The notes beneath the pieces are model-generated. The model did not search any database. It was not told where the DNA came from and saw only the letters and a list, made by a program, of their open reading frames with translations. Positions 39,497-50,153 of a DNA stretch of 64,000 nt are shown here, in pieces. This stretch comes from an uncultured Veillonellaceae bacterium (lineage in GTDB: Bacteria > Bacillota > Negativicutes > JARBTT01). Both the position numbers and the translations under genes were made by a program. The number at the start of each line of letters is the position of its first letter. Position 1 is the first letter of the stretch. The stretch covers positions 32,001-96,000 of the forward strand of contig CAWDTA010000003.1 of assembly GCA_963805085.1 (NCBI GenBank), read 5' to 3'.

Positions 39497-40432
39497 GTGA
39501 TTTTAAGTGTGAGCCGTAGAACTGATATTCCCAATTATTATGCAGAGTGGTTTTACAATCGTATGAAAGAAGGCTTTGTTCTTGTCCGTAATCCAATGAA
39601 TAGTCATCAAGTAAGTAAAATAGAAATAAGTCCTGAGGTTGTTGATTGTATCGTATTTTGGACTAAAAATCCATCACCAATGTTAGCGCGGCTAGATGAA
39701 TTAAAAGAGTATCCTTATTATTTTCAATTTACCCTGAATTCTTATGGCAAAGATGTGGAAGAATATGTTCCGGCAAAAGGAAATCGTTTGATTGAAACGT
39801 TTCAACGATTGTCGGATCGAATTGGTCGGCAAAGAGTGATCTGGCGGTATGATCCTATTTTGTTAAATGAGAAATACACCATTGAGTACCATCTTCATTA
39901 TTTTGACAAGCTGGCGGAAAAGCTACATGATTATACGGAGAAATGTACAATCAGTTTTATTGATTTTTATAGAAATATCAATGCTAACGTGAGAACTTTA
40001 AACATCCAGATTATTGGGGCAGAAGAAAAGCACGCACTGGCGGCAAATTTAGTAAAAATTGCTGAATTTTACCATTTTGAAATAGATACATGTGCAGAAG
40101 ATCTTGAACTGCGTGATTTAGGAATAGATCATGCTCGGTGTATTGATGCTCAGTTAATCGAAAAAATGCTTGGTTGTAAAATGAAGGTTGAAAAGGACAG
40201 GAATCAAAGACTAGCGTGTGGATGCGTGGAGAGTATTGATATTGGTATGTACAATACTTGTGTAAATGGCTGTAAATACTGTTATGCAAATCATAGCAGA
40301 AAGGCCGTTGAGAAAAATTTTAAGCAGCACGATAAACAGGCGCCATTGCTCTGTGGAATAGCAACAGAATCGGATGTTGTAAAAGTGAGAGCGATGAAAT
40401 CGTTAAAGAAAAAGCAGGCTGATTTGTTTTAA
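39497..40432 (+). CDS. DUF1848-family protein (radical-SAM-like C-terminal CxxxCxxC)
   Basis: MILSVSRRTDIP, VFWTKN, WRYDP, DIG.YNTC.NGCKYCYA. Confidence 0.88.
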   Translation: MILSVSRRTDIPNYYAEWFYNRMKEGFVLVRNPMNSHQVSKIEISPEVVDCIVFWTKNPSPMLARLDELKEYPYYFQFTLNSYGKDVEEYVPAKGNRLIETFQRLSDRIGRQRVIWRYDPILLNEKYTIEYHLHYFDKLAEKLHDYTEKCTISFIDFYRNINANVRTLNIQIIGAEEKHALAANLVKIAEFYHFEIDTCAEDLELRDLGIDHARCIDAQLIEKMLGCKMKVEKDRNQRLACGCVESIDIGMYNTCVNGCKYCYANHSRKAVEKNFKQHDKQAPLLCGIATESDVVKVRAMKSLKKKQADLF

Positions 40433-40585
40433 GGACGCGAATCAACAGTATAGTGTGGATAAGGATTTTTTTATTAGGCACTATACTAAAGTGAGAAGCA
40501 AAGTTCGTTTTGTTGTGTTGACGTCATTAACTTGATACTCAATTTAGCATAGGCTAAGCATAGTACTGCTAGAATTTTGTAAATT

Positions 40586-40658
<73 letters not shown>

Positions 40659-40670
40659 AGAGGTGGACCA

Positions 40671-41573
40671 ATGAAAAAGATTGCAATTGTTGGCGCTCCA
40701 ATGTGGCTTGGACAAACCCATTTTGGGACAAGTTTAGGGCCAGATGCAATTCGTGCGGCTGGTCTTGTGGAAAAATTGCAGACAGTTAGTGATGATATTG
40801 TCGACGTTGGCAATATTACAATTGATAGCAAAATTGATGGAGTAGAAAGCAATTGTGGTAATATTAAAAATTTAGCAACGGTTCGTGATGGGGTTGAGCA
40901 TTTAGCGGAAGCTGTTTCTCAGATGGTGAGCGAAGGGAGATTTCCACTTGTTTTAGGTGGGGATCATAGTATCGCGATTGGGACTTTAGCTGGGATTGCA
41001 CAGCACTATCATAATCTAGGGGTTATTTGGTATGATGCGCATGCGGATAGCAATACTGCGGAGGTTTCACCGAGTGGCAATATTCACGGAATGTCATTGG
41101 CGGCAAGTGTTGGAATCGGGCATCCGGATTTAGTACAGGCAGGAGGTTATCAGAAGAAAATTAGACCAGAAAATGTTGTGCTAATCGGTGTACGTGATAT
41201 GGATCCAGCGGAGAAAAAAATTGTATATGATATGCCAATCAAAATTTTTACTTCGGAAGATGTAAAAGCGCGAGGAATCATTAGCGTGGTTGATGAAGCT
41301 ATTTCCTATTTGGCGCCGAAATGCGACGGTATTCATTTGAGCTTTGATTTGGATGTTGGTGATCCAAAGGAGATTTGTGGTGTTGGAACACCTGTTGCGG
41401 GCGGGATTGACTTTGATAAAAATCTAGAAGCAATGCGACAGCTGTCGCATTACAATGTCATTACTTCAGCCGAATTCGTGGAAGTAAATCCGGCATTAGA
41501 TAAGGATGGCAAAACAGTTGCAGCTACACTTGAATTTATCCAAGCTTTACTTAATGATGAGTTTACAAATTAA
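40671..41573 (+). CDS. rocF: Arginase
   Basis: GGDHS, DAHAD, SGNIHG, SFDLD, GTPV.GG, EVNP. Confidence 0.95.
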   Translation: MKKIAIVGAPMWLGQTHFGTSLGPDAIRAAGLVEKLQTVSDDIVDVGNITIDSKIDGVESNCGNIKNLATVRDGVEHLAEAVSQMVSEGRFPLVLGGDHSIAIGTLAGIAQHYHNLGVIWYDAHADSNTAEVSPSGNIHGMSLAASVGIGHPDLVQAGGYQKKIRPENVVLIGVRDMDPAEKKIVYDMPIKIFTSEDVKARGIISVVDEAISYLAPKCDGIHLSFDLDVGDPKEICGVGTPVAGGIDFDKNLEAMRQLSHYNVITSAEFVEVNPALDKDGKTVAATLEFIQALLNDEFTN

Positions 41574-41633
41574 AACACAAAAAAAACAGGCTTCCCTTTT
41601 TGTATGATACAAAAGTGGAAGCCTGGTTTTTGT

Positions 41634-42056
41634 TTAAGCATTCACAGGTTGTTTAATGGTACATCGCTTGGCGAAATGCTCAATAATTTCCCGGCGGCGA
41701 ATGATGCCGATAAAGATACCGCTATCATCCAACACTGGAACAAAATTCTGCACAATCGCGAGTGAGAGTAAATCTTCCATTTCCGCATCAATTCGTACGG
41801 GGGTATTTGTCATCCGCCTTGGGACATCTCTGAGCATAACTCGATCGGTATGAAGAAATGTTAAGCCTGGGGTATTTTTCATTTTCCATAATAAATCTCC
41901 CTCGGTGATGGTACCAGCATATCTGCCATCCTCATCAACGAGTGGAACTGCTGTATAACGGTGATACTCCATCTTTTCCAGCGCTTGCCTCATGGTTGAG
42001 TGCAAAGGTAAGTAAATGATATCTTTTTTTGCGATAAGAAAAAATGCTATATTCAT
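41634..42056 (-). CDS. Tandem-CBS-domain protein
   Basis: YTAVP, GTITEGD, NFVPV, GIIRR. Confidence 0.88.
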   Translation of the reverse strand: MNIAFFLIAKKDIIYLPLHSTMRQALEKMEYHRYTAVPLVDEDGRYAGTITEGDLLWKMKNTPGLTFLHTDRVMLRDVPRRMTNTPVRIDAEMEDLLSLAIVQNFVPVLDDSGIFIGIIRRREIIEHFAKRCTIKQPVNA

Positions 42057-42380
42057 TAAGTAATCTCCTTTAACAATTGGCTAGTTATGATAAGAACAGC
42101 GATCAATATTTCAACGATTGCTCTTCAAAAAAAAGTGTCAGGGCAAACATAGTTGAATCATTTATAATCGTTTCTTAGTGATAGGCCTTAAGCTAATTAT
42201 AGCATGTAATCATGAAAAAATGATGTAAAAATCATGTAGAAATAATGAACAAATAATAAAAATAATGTAAAGAAGAACAATCGATTTTTTTTTGATTTGA
42301 TATAGAAAAATTCTCTTATTAGCGTTATGATAAGCAAAGAATATTTTATCTAGAAACGATTGGTGGAATAACGATTTTTT

Positions 42381-43562
42381 ATGGAATTTTGGCAGAGAAA
42401 TTTATGGGTTTGTAGTTTTGCCGTTTTTATTGTTTCAATAGGAATGAGTCAAATGGCACCGATTTTACCTTTGTATGTGGAGCATTTAGGAATCCATGAT
42501 ACGGCAGAAATTGAGCAGTGGGCAGGAATTATTTTTGGCTGTAACTTTATTAGTTTAGCTATTTTTTCACCGATTTGGGGTAGGCTCGCTGACCAATATG
42601 GGCGGAAGCCGATGGTGCTCAGAGCGAGCTTATGGCTATCGGTAATTATGATTTGTATGGGACTCGCACAGAATGTATATCATTTGGTTATTTTACGAAT
42701 TTTACAAGGGGCGCTGTCGGGGTTTCAGGGCGCTGTTGTAACTTTAATTGCAATGCAAACGCCAAAACAAAAATCTGGTTGGGCGCTGGGAATATTGTTT
42801 ACTGGCCAAGTGGGAGGTTCTTTGCTAGGGCCATTATTTGGGGGCTATCTTTCTGAAGTTATCGGCTATCGCGAGACATTTTTTGTCATTGGTTTCTTAT
42901 GCTTCTGTGGTTTTGTAGCAATTTATTTTTGGGTTACGGAAAAACTTACACCTTTTGATGGTAAGATCTTAAGTTCGCGTGAGGTTTGGGCAGCGTTGCC
43001 GAATCCTCAATTGACAATCTGCTTGTTTGTTACAACTTTGGTTATGCAACTAGCCTTAATGTCGATTCAGCCGATTATAACGGTCTATATTGTTCAATTA
43101 TCAGCCAATGTAAATCACATTGCCCTGATTGCTGGGCTGGTTTTTGCTGCGTCTGGCTTTGCTAGTATGCTTGCGGCCTCGAAACTCGGGGCATTGTCTG
43201 ATCGAATTGGTCCGAAAAAAGTGTTATTAACGGCTTTGCTGCTGGCAGGGATTATTTTTATTCCTCAGGCTTTTGTTCAAAATCCTTGGCAACTTGGTAT
43301 TCTCCGGTTTTTGTTAGGGCTAGCTACCGCTGGCTTGTTACCTTCGATTAATAGCATGATCAGGCAGAGTACCCCAAAAGAAGTGATCGGCAGAATTTAT
43401 GGCTTTAATCAGTCCGCACAGTTTGTGGGGATGTTTTCGGGAGCCATTTTGGGCGGACAAATTGCGGCTTGGGCGGGGATTGAATACGTATTTTTCTTTA
43501 CAGCAGTCTTGCTGCTAAGCAATGCTTTTTGGTTTTATCGAATGGTCTATCGAAAAAGTTGA
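42381..43562 (+). CDS. MFS multidrug efflux transporter (MdtG-like)
   Basis: WQRNL, WGRLADQYGRK, GALSDRIG. Confidence 0.88.
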   Translation: MEFWQRNLWVCSFAVFIVSIGMSQMAPILPLYVEHLGIHDTAEIEQWAGIIFGCNFISLAIFSPIWGRLADQYGRKPMVLRASLWLSVIMICMGLAQNVYHLVILRILQGALSGFQGAVVTLIAMQTPKQKSGWALGILFTGQVGGSLLGPLFGGYLSEVIGYRETFFVIGFLCFCGFVAIYFWVTEKLTPFDGKILSSREVWAALPNPQLTICLFVTTLVMQLALMSIQPIITVYIVQLSANVNHIALIAGLVFAASGFASMLAASKLGALSDRIGPKKVLLTALLLAGIIFIPQAFVQNPWQLGILRFLLGLATAGLLPSINSMIRQSTPKEVIGRIYGFNQSAQFVGMFSGAILGGQIAAWAGIEYVFFFTAVLLLSNAFWFYRMVYRKS

Positions 43563-43645
43563 TTTCTAAGTAATTTTTATAACAAAATGACAGAGAACGC
43601 CTAACACGAATTTTTGCGATAGGCGTTCTTCTTTATGTTTATTAT

Positions 43646-44806
43646 TTATTTGATGATAACGCGATTTACTAAGCCTTTTACTGATGGTCTACCGCCACCA
43701 TCGGCCATCGCATGATTGATTTGCATCATACTAACTTGGGCACCAATATAGTTGCGGAAATGATTAAATTTAGCCGATTTTAAATCAGCGATTGTCATGT
43801 TGTAATCATTTTTGGCAACTTCTTGCAATGCTTTGATTGATTTCTGTGCTGCGGGAACGCTCAGTACCCAATCATGATCGGCAAGATGGGTAATATAACC
43901 TTCTTGTTTATGCGGTGTAGGCAGTGTTCCTCCGTCATTACTTAACAAGCCAAGCGCAATCGGATCTTTGCCAGCGATGATTGACGCTGCCTTTATCCAA
44001 CCGACGACATCAGCTTCATCTTTTTCTGAACCAGGATGATTGTGCGCGCAGGCCTGTGCTACAATGACATCAGCAGGTAAAGAGCGATAAATGGATTCAG
44101 CAATACTTAAAATGTGATGAGAGCCAGTACCAGCAATTGGTAGCTCGGTTAAACAGGAACCGTCTTCATTCCATTGAAATACCCAGGGTTTGTGCAAGTC
44201 GTGTAAGGCTTCCGAGGCAATAACGACATCGCGATTAACTTGATAACCAAATACTTCTTGATAAATAGAGCAAATGGCACTGGCAATACATAAGTTTGTT
44301 GCTGTGTGGGTAACCAGTCCGCCTGGATAAGAATGATGACTGTTATAACCGCTGCCTGGAGCTGAGATGAATGGTTGTTGCATCTTATTTGCACTACTAT
44401 ATTTAGGGAAGAGGGTCTCCCAACTGACTTTATTTTGATCTACTAAATTTTGCGCTAATAATTTTTGATAAACGGTTTCAATATGATTACTGCTTGGATA
44501 TTGCTTCATAATGGTAGGAGCGGGATTTTCAATAATATCCAAAACTGTTTTACGTAAATTGGAATTATTAATGCTTTTTACCGTAGACATTATTTTTTTG
44601 TAAGCATTCTGTATCATTTCTGATTGCTCTACTACGATGAGAGGATCAGTTGGGCAATTGACTAAATTGGTTGTCGTGATTTTGGTAGAATTGGCAAAAG
44701 ATAATTTAGGCACAGATAATAACGCTAAACTTGCCAATGTACCAGCTGACAATTGGAGGAAATTTCGTCGACTACATACTGGTTGACTCATAATAGGATC
44801 ATTCAT
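43646..44806 (-). CDS. Tat-signal HD-domain phosphohydrolase
   Basis: SRRNFLQ twin-arginine signal; HHSYPGGLVTHT, LHDLHK, HH, AHNH, ADHD. Confidence 0.8.
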   Translation of the reverse strand: MNDPIMSQPVCSRRNFLQLSAGTLASLALLSVPKLSFANSTKITTTNLVNCPTDPLIVVEQSEMIQNAYKKIMSTVKSINNSNLRKTVLDIIENPAPTIMKQYPSSNHIETVYQKLLAQNLVDQNKVSWETLFPKYSSANKMQQPFISAPGSGYNSHHSYPGGLVTHTATNLCIASAICSIYQEVFGYQVNRDVVIASEALHDLHKPWVFQWNEDGSCLTELPIAGTGSHHILSIAESIYRSLPADVIVAQACAHNHPGSEKDEADVVGWIKAASIIAGKDPIALGLLSNDGGTLPTPHKQEGYITHLADHDWVLSVPAAQKSIKALQEVAKNDYNMTIADLKSAKFNHFRNYIGAQVSMMQINHAMADGGGRPSVKGLVNRVIIK

Positions 44807-45190
44807 TGTTTAAAGATACCCCCTACTTCTATTCTATTCTTATTTTAAATGGAATAGGGAAGGAGAGTTGTTATGCATTTGTTAAAATCAAGTTAAATTT
44901 GCGTGAACAATACAGAAGCTGCAATCGGTAGTTTAGGGGAAAGAAAGGAAGGATGTATTGCTAGGGCAATGTAGACTTCAGCAAATAAAAAAATAGGTAA
45001 GCTTAGCAGTATTTATGAGAAAAATACAGAAAAATCGTGTGATTCGTAATGAAAATGATATATCTGCAAATAAATACTGAATTATGTATACTTTTAGCAG
45101 GAATTCATAGCTTTATGTGGAAAACAGAGCAAAAAGCTATGATTTTCTGTAGTTCTTATGATTGAATATTTTGGCTGGGGGGAAGTCTGG

Positions 45191-46750
45191 ATGCGTGTTA
45201 AGGTTTCCTATGTAGATCGAGTTGGTATCGTGTTTGATATTGCTTATGTTTTTATTAACCATCAACTAAATATTGTTTCAATGGAAGTGGGGGTAAATGT
45301 TATTTTTCTTGAGACGGAGCCACTGGTGCTGGAACGTGAACGGATATTAATTGATGAGTTAAGTAAGATTGCTGATATTAAACGGGTTGAGCAGATTGAA
45401 TTAATGCCGCATGAAGAAAAATCAGAACAACTCAAAGCTGTTTTGGATACTGTAGCGGATGGTGTCGTTGCTGTCGACAGTCGTGGATTTATTACGCAAT
45501 ATAATCCCGCTGCGGAAAGAATAATGCATAGATCTGTCGAGAATGTGATAGGAAAAAAATTAACCGATATTTTTCCATGTTGTTTAGCTTTAGTAGAATC
45601 AATGAAAAATGGAACAAAATCACTAAATCACGAAATATTTTTTGAACAAACCAACAGCCACTATTTGGTCAGTAGCCATCCAATTATGGATCATTATAAA
45701 AAAATTATTGGTGGCGTAGCTGTTTTAAAAGATATTAAAGATGTTCGCAAGATGTATCAAAGATTAACGCAGCAGCCAGCTTTTCACTTTGATGAAATTA
45801 TCCATACGAGCGAAGCGATGAAAAAAATCATTACACTTGCTAAGTCTTATGCATATAGTGATTCTACAGTGTTGATTCGTGGTGAAACGGGAACGGGAAA
45901 GGAGCTGTTTGCGAGAGCTTTGCATAGTGCTTCTTCGCGCGCGGAAAATATTTTTGTGCCAATTAATTGTGCAGCGATACCAGATACTCTGCTAGAAAGT
46001 GAACTTTTTGGTTATGAAGATGGTGCTTTTACTGGTGCGACTAAAGGAGGAAAACAAGGACTATTTGAATTGGCTAATGGTGGGACGCTGTTCTTAGATG
46101 AAGTTGGGGAGATTTCAGTACATTTGCAGGTGAAATTACTGCGGGTATTGCAAGAACGAAAAATACGACGCATTGGTAGCCAACGGGAATTTCCTATTGA
46201 TGTGCGTATTTTGGCGGCAACGAATCGGGATCTTGAAGTGATGATTGAACAAGGAACTTTTCGTGAAGACTTATATTATCGCTTAAATGTGATTCCATTA
46301 TTTTTGCCACCATTGCGTGAACGCCGAGAAGATGTTGCTTTGCTGGCTAACGTTTTCTTACAGCGTTTTTCACTTAAACTGCACAAAGAAGCTGATTATA
46401 TTAGTGAAAAAGCGTTGCAAGTATTAACCGGATATGATTGGCCGGGAAATATCCGTGAATTGGAAAATGTAATGGAAAGGGCAGTAAATATCGTTCATGG
46501 CAATATCATATCAGAAGAACAGCTGTTTCTTGGTCGCAATGTTACACCGCTTCGGCAGGCATTGCCAGCGGTAGCTGAGAGAACGTTAGAGGAGATGTTG
46601 GCAGAGACAGAGCGGGAAATTTTATGTCGAGTCCTTTGTCAGTACCATACATCGCGAAAACTTGGCAGTGTGCTAGGATTATCGCATACAAGCGTGCTGA
46701 AAAAATTACGCAAATATGGTCTTTCATTTGAACAATTTAAAGCCAAGTAA
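45191..46750 (+). CDS. TyrR/PhhR-like sigma-54 activator (ACT-PAS-AAA+-HTH)
   Basis: DRVGI ACT motif, GETGTGKE, GAFTGA, TSRKLGSVLGLSHTSV..KLRKYG. Confidence 0.9.
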   Translation: MRVKVSYVDRVGIVFDIAYVFINHQLNIVSMEVGVNVIFLETEPLVLERERILIDELSKIADIKRVEQIELMPHEEKSEQLKAVLDTVADGVVAVDSRGFITQYNPAAERIMHRSVENVIGKKLTDIFPCCLALVESMKNGTKSLNHEIFFEQTNSHYLVSSHPIMDHYKKIIGGVAVLKDIKDVRKMYQRLTQQPAFHFDEIIHTSEAMKKIITLAKSYAYSDSTVLIRGETGTGKELFARALHSASSRAENIFVPINCAAIPDTLLESELFGYEDGAFTGATKGGKQGLFELANGGTLFLDEVGEISVHLQVKLLRVLQERKIRRIGSQREFPIDVRILAATNRDLEVMIEQGTFREDLYYRLNVIPLFLPPLRERREDVALLANVFLQRFSLKLHKEADYISEKALQVLTGYDWPGNIRELENVMERAVNIVHGNIISEEQLFLGRNVTPLRQALPAVAERTLEEMLAETEREILCRVLCQYHTSRKLGSVLGLSHTSVLKKLRKYGLSFEQFKAK

Positions 46751-46860
46751 TACTAGTGTAAACGAGAAGGGGAATATTCACGGCCGATTGGCATGAATAT
46801 TCCCCTTCTTTTCAGAAACTTGGCATGAACGATATTTTTTTTGAATATCAAGTGCCTAAG

Positions 46861-48243
46861 TTAGCTGCCAGTTTCTTGTTTATTGAGACCATTCATATAA
46901 TAAGAAGCAATTACACCAGCGAACCAGATCGGCGCGATATAAAGAGCGATGCGAGTATCCTCCTTAAAGAACATGATGATTGCTACAAAAATAAAGAAAG
47001 CGATACAAATCCAACTAGAATAAGGTGAATGTGGCATAGGGTAATGCAAGTTAGCAATCTGTTCTTTCGACAAAGTCTCTCTGAATTTGATTTGTACCAT
47101 TAAAATAATACCCCAGATCCAAAGCGCCCCGAACGTAGCAACGCTGGTTACATAAGTAAATACTTCAGCGGGAACTAGATAATTTAATACAACACCGATT
47201 AGTAAGAAGAAAGAAGAAACGAGGATGCCATTGGCAGGAACCAAATGATCACTTAGTTTAGCGAAAAATTTCGGTGCCTTTCCTTGTAAAGCCAGGTTAT
47301 AAAGCATCCGTCCAGTACTGAAAAGACCACTGTTACAAGAAGATAAAGCAGCTGTTAAAACTACAAAGTTGATAATACCAGCTGCGGTACTAATGCCAAG
47401 CTTACTGAATGTAAGAACGAAAGGGCTGCCAATAGTACCGATCTGATCCCAAGGATAGATGGACATAATAACGCTTAAAGCCAGTACATAGAAAATTAAA
47501 ATCCGCCAGAATACTTTATCAATTGCTGCTGGTATTGTTTTTTCGGGATGAGCAGCTTCACCAGCAGTAACACCAATGATTTCAATCCCAAGATAAGAAA
47601 ACATAACCATAACGATAGCCATAAACATACCAGAAATACCATTCGGGAAGAAACCATCATGCGTCCAAAGATTAGAAATGCCGATAGCGACGCCATCGTT
47701 ACCGATACCAAAAAAGATCATCGCACAGCCGACGATAATCATAGCGATAATCGTGACAACTTTAATCAAGGCAAACCAGAATTCAAACTCGCCGTAAGCA
47801 GATACGGCAATTAGATTTACAATCGTCATACAAACGAGAGCCGCTAAAGCTGGAATCCATTGAGGCAGATCAGGAATCCAGTAATTCACATAAACACCGA
47901 CGGCGGTGATCTCGGCCATACAAGTAACGACCCACATAAACCAGTAGGTCCAGCCAGTAATGTAGCCACATAAAGGGCCTAAAAATTTACTGGAGTGAGC
48001 ACTAAAAGCCCCAGAAACAGGATACTCTACGGTGACTTCGCCTAAAGCCCGCATCACATAAAATATGACGACACCACCGAGAAAATAGGTAAGGATCAGT
48101 GAAGGACCAGCGACTCTGATTGCTGCAGCTGAACCAAGAAATAAACCAACCCCAATTGCTCCGCCCAAGGCAATCAACTGAATATGTCTTTCTTTGAGAC
48201 CACGATGTAATTCTTCTTGAAGACCATTATTTTCTTTTTCCAT
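46861..48243 (-). CDS. APC-family amino-acid permease, copy 1
   Basis: RGLKERHIQLIALGGAIGVGLF, GEFEFWF, SSCNSG; start MEKENN after GGAGG. Confidence 0.93.
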   Translation of the reverse strand: MEKENNGLQEELHRGLKERHIQLIALGGAIGVGLFLGSAAAIRVAGPSLILTYFLGGVVIFYVMRALGEVTVEYPVSGAFSAHSSKFLGPLCGYITGWTYWFMWVVTCMAEITAVGVYVNYWIPDLPQWIPALAALVCMTIVNLIAVSAYGEFEFWFALIKVVTIIAMIIVGCAMIFFGIGNDGVAIGISNLWTHDGFFPNGISGMFMAIVMVMFSYLGIEIIGVTAGEAAHPEKTIPAAIDKVFWRILIFYVLALSVIMSIYPWDQIGTIGSPFVLTFSKLGISTAAGIINFVVLTAALSSCNSGLFSTGRMLYNLALQGKAPKFFAKLSDHLVPANGILVSSFFLLIGVVLNYLVPAEVFTYVTSVATFGALWIWGIILMVQIKFRETLSKEQIANLHYPMPHSPYSSWICIAFFIFVAIIMFFKEDTRIALYIAPIWFAGVIASYYMNGLNKQETGS

Positions 48244-48312
48244 TAGTTTCCCTCCTAACATATACATATTTAGTATGAACAAAATCAGTAGGTACTTTAT
48301 AAAAGTTATTAG

Positions 48313-48327
48313 AATTTTCGGAAAATT
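48313..48327. promoter_or_regulatory. CodY box
   Basis: AATTTTCGGAAAATT, one mismatch to AATTTTCWGAAAATT. Confidence 0.7.
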
Positions 48328-48449
48328 ATACTAGGGAATAAAGTAACTCTATGCCAATTAGCCATAGAAAATATTTTTCTTAGCAAATAGTTTGCCTATT
48401 GACATAGAGTTACTAGATATGTTCAAGGATAATTTTATTTTATGAGGAA

Positions 48450-49565
48450 TTATAAAATCTTACTCAACTCAACATAAGGTAATCTTAGACCATCAGCAAC
48501 TCCTTTGAAGGTCACGTTTCCGTTCAATACGTTAATGCCTTTTGCTAAACCAGGATCATCTAGACACGCCTGACGATACCCTTTGTTCGCTAGTTGTAAA
48601 GCGTAAGGTAATGTAGCGTTTGTAAGGGCGAAAGTAGAAGTACGGGCAACTGCGCCAGGCATGTTGGCAACTGAGTAATGGACAACACCATGTTTGATAA
48701 ATGTTGGATTATCGTGAGTTGTACAGTGGTCACAAGTGACAATCGAGCCACCTTGGTCAATCGCAACATCAACAACTACAGAGCCAGGTTCCATAGTCTT
48801 TATCATTTCTTCTGATACTAATTTTGGTGTTTTTGCTCCAGGAACTAATACAGAACCAATCAATAAATCCGCTTTTTTCACCCATTCAGCAATATTATAA
48901 CTATTAGACATTACCGTAATGATACGACTGCCAAAAATATCATCAAGATAACGTAAACGGTCACCAGACATATCGATTACTGTTACTCTTGCTCCCATGC
49001 CAACAGCAATTTTAGCAGCATTTGTACCAACATTGCCACCGCCGATGATGACTACTTGACCAGATTCTACGCCTGATACGCCGCTTAATAGAATACCTTT
49101 ACCGCCATTTTGCTTTTCTAAGAATTGAGCACCGATCTGAACTGCCATACGTCCAGCAACTTCACTCATTGGTGATAATAATGGTAATGTATTATTTCTG
49201 CCTACGATCGTTTCATAAGCGATACCGACCACTTTATGTTTTAACAAGGCTTGTGTAAGCTCCGGTTCTGGAGCGAGATGTAAATACGTAAATAACACTT
49301 GACCTTCATGGAATAAATCATATTCTGGTTCTATTGGTTCTTTTACCTTAATAATCATTTCTGATTGATCAAATAAAGCTTTTTTATCACTGATAATTTT
49401 GGCACCTGTTGATTCGTAGCTGCTATCGCTAAAGCCACTGCCGATACCAGCGCCTTTTTCGATGAATACTGTGTGACCAGCTTTACATAGTGCTTCGCTG
49501 CCCGCAGGAGTCAAGCCAACTCGATACTCGTTGTTTTTGATTTCTTTTACTACGCCAATAATCAT
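48450..49565 (-). CDS. ald: Alanine dehydrogenase
   Basis: [40 protein letters not shown]. Confidence 0.96.
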   Translation of the reverse strand: MIIGVVKEIKNNEYRVGLTPAGSEALCKAGHTVFIEKGAGIGSGFSDSSYESTGAKIISDKKALFDQSEMIIKVKEPIEPEYDLFHEGQVLFTYLHLAPEPELTQALLKHKVVGIAYETIVGRNNTLPLLSPMSEVAGRMAVQIGAQFLEKQNGGKGILLSGVSGVESGQVVIIGGGNVGTNAAKIAVGMGARVTVIDMSGDRLRYLDDIFGSRIITVMSNSYNIAEWVKKADLLIGSVLVPGAKTPKLVSEEMIKTMEPGSVVVDVAIDQGGSIVTCDHCTTHDNPTFIKHGVVHYSVANMPGAVARTSTFALTNATLPYALQLANKGYRQACLDDPGLAKGINVLNGNVTFKGVADGLRLPYVELSKIL

Positions 49566-49618
49566 GTGAAACCCCTCCGTATTAATTTATTTATAGGTCT
49601 TATCTATGAATAAATTAA

Positions 49619-49635
49619 TGCAAGTTATGTGCCAA
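49619..49635 (-). promoter_or_regulatory. Sigma-54 promoter of ald
   Basis: Minus strand TTGGCACATAACTTGCA. Confidence 0.9.
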
Positions 49636-49673
49636 TCCTATAAACCAATGAAATTAGGTAAGATTATATTTCG

Positions 49674-49734
49674 TGGAAATAAATCATTACAAAAAGTGGA
49701 ACGGAAAGTTTACAGTTGTAAACTTTTCGTTCCA
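49674..49734. promoter_or_regulatory. Three TyrR-box-like upstream activator sites
   Basis: TGGAAA-N6-ATTACA, TGGAAC-N6-TTTACA, TGTAAA-N6-GTTCCA versus TGTAAA-N6-TTTACA. Confidence 0.7.
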
Positions 49735-49859
49735 CTTTATATGTATATTTATTTTATGCCAAATCGATAGGAGGTTACTTCGTGATATATCTCACCTGCT
49801 TTTAAAATCGGCTGAAGAAAATTTGGATTTTTTAAGGCATTAGTAGATATTCAATGCCA

Positions 49860-50127
49860 GCAAGCTAAAGGTCAATCAATGTCTAGAAGAGGTAACTGTT
49901 GGGATAATGCACTACGAGAATCATTCTTTGATAGGAAAGATGAGATTGATTATAAAAATTGCACAGCATTTGAAGATCTGCAAAAGACAATTGATGATTA
50001 CATACGATATTATAATAATTACCGGGCAATGGAATTTAAAACAGCTGACTTCTGTTCAATACAGAAATCAGCTGTTAGTTGCTTAGTACTCTTTTTTATA
50101 TTGTCCTTGACATAGGGTCCACTTTAC
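49860..50127 (+). pseudogene. IS3-family transposase remnant (integrase-core C-terminus) with probable right end
   Basis: SMSRRGNCWDNALRESFF...IDDYIRYYN; terminal tgtccttgacatagggtccac. Confidence 0.8.
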
Positions 50128-50153
50128 TATTGAGTGGATCCATCGTACGAAAT

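Noticed and set aside
46825-47028. Repeated + strand ORF (also 59510-59764)
   Set aside because: Antisense shadow of the duplicated permease.
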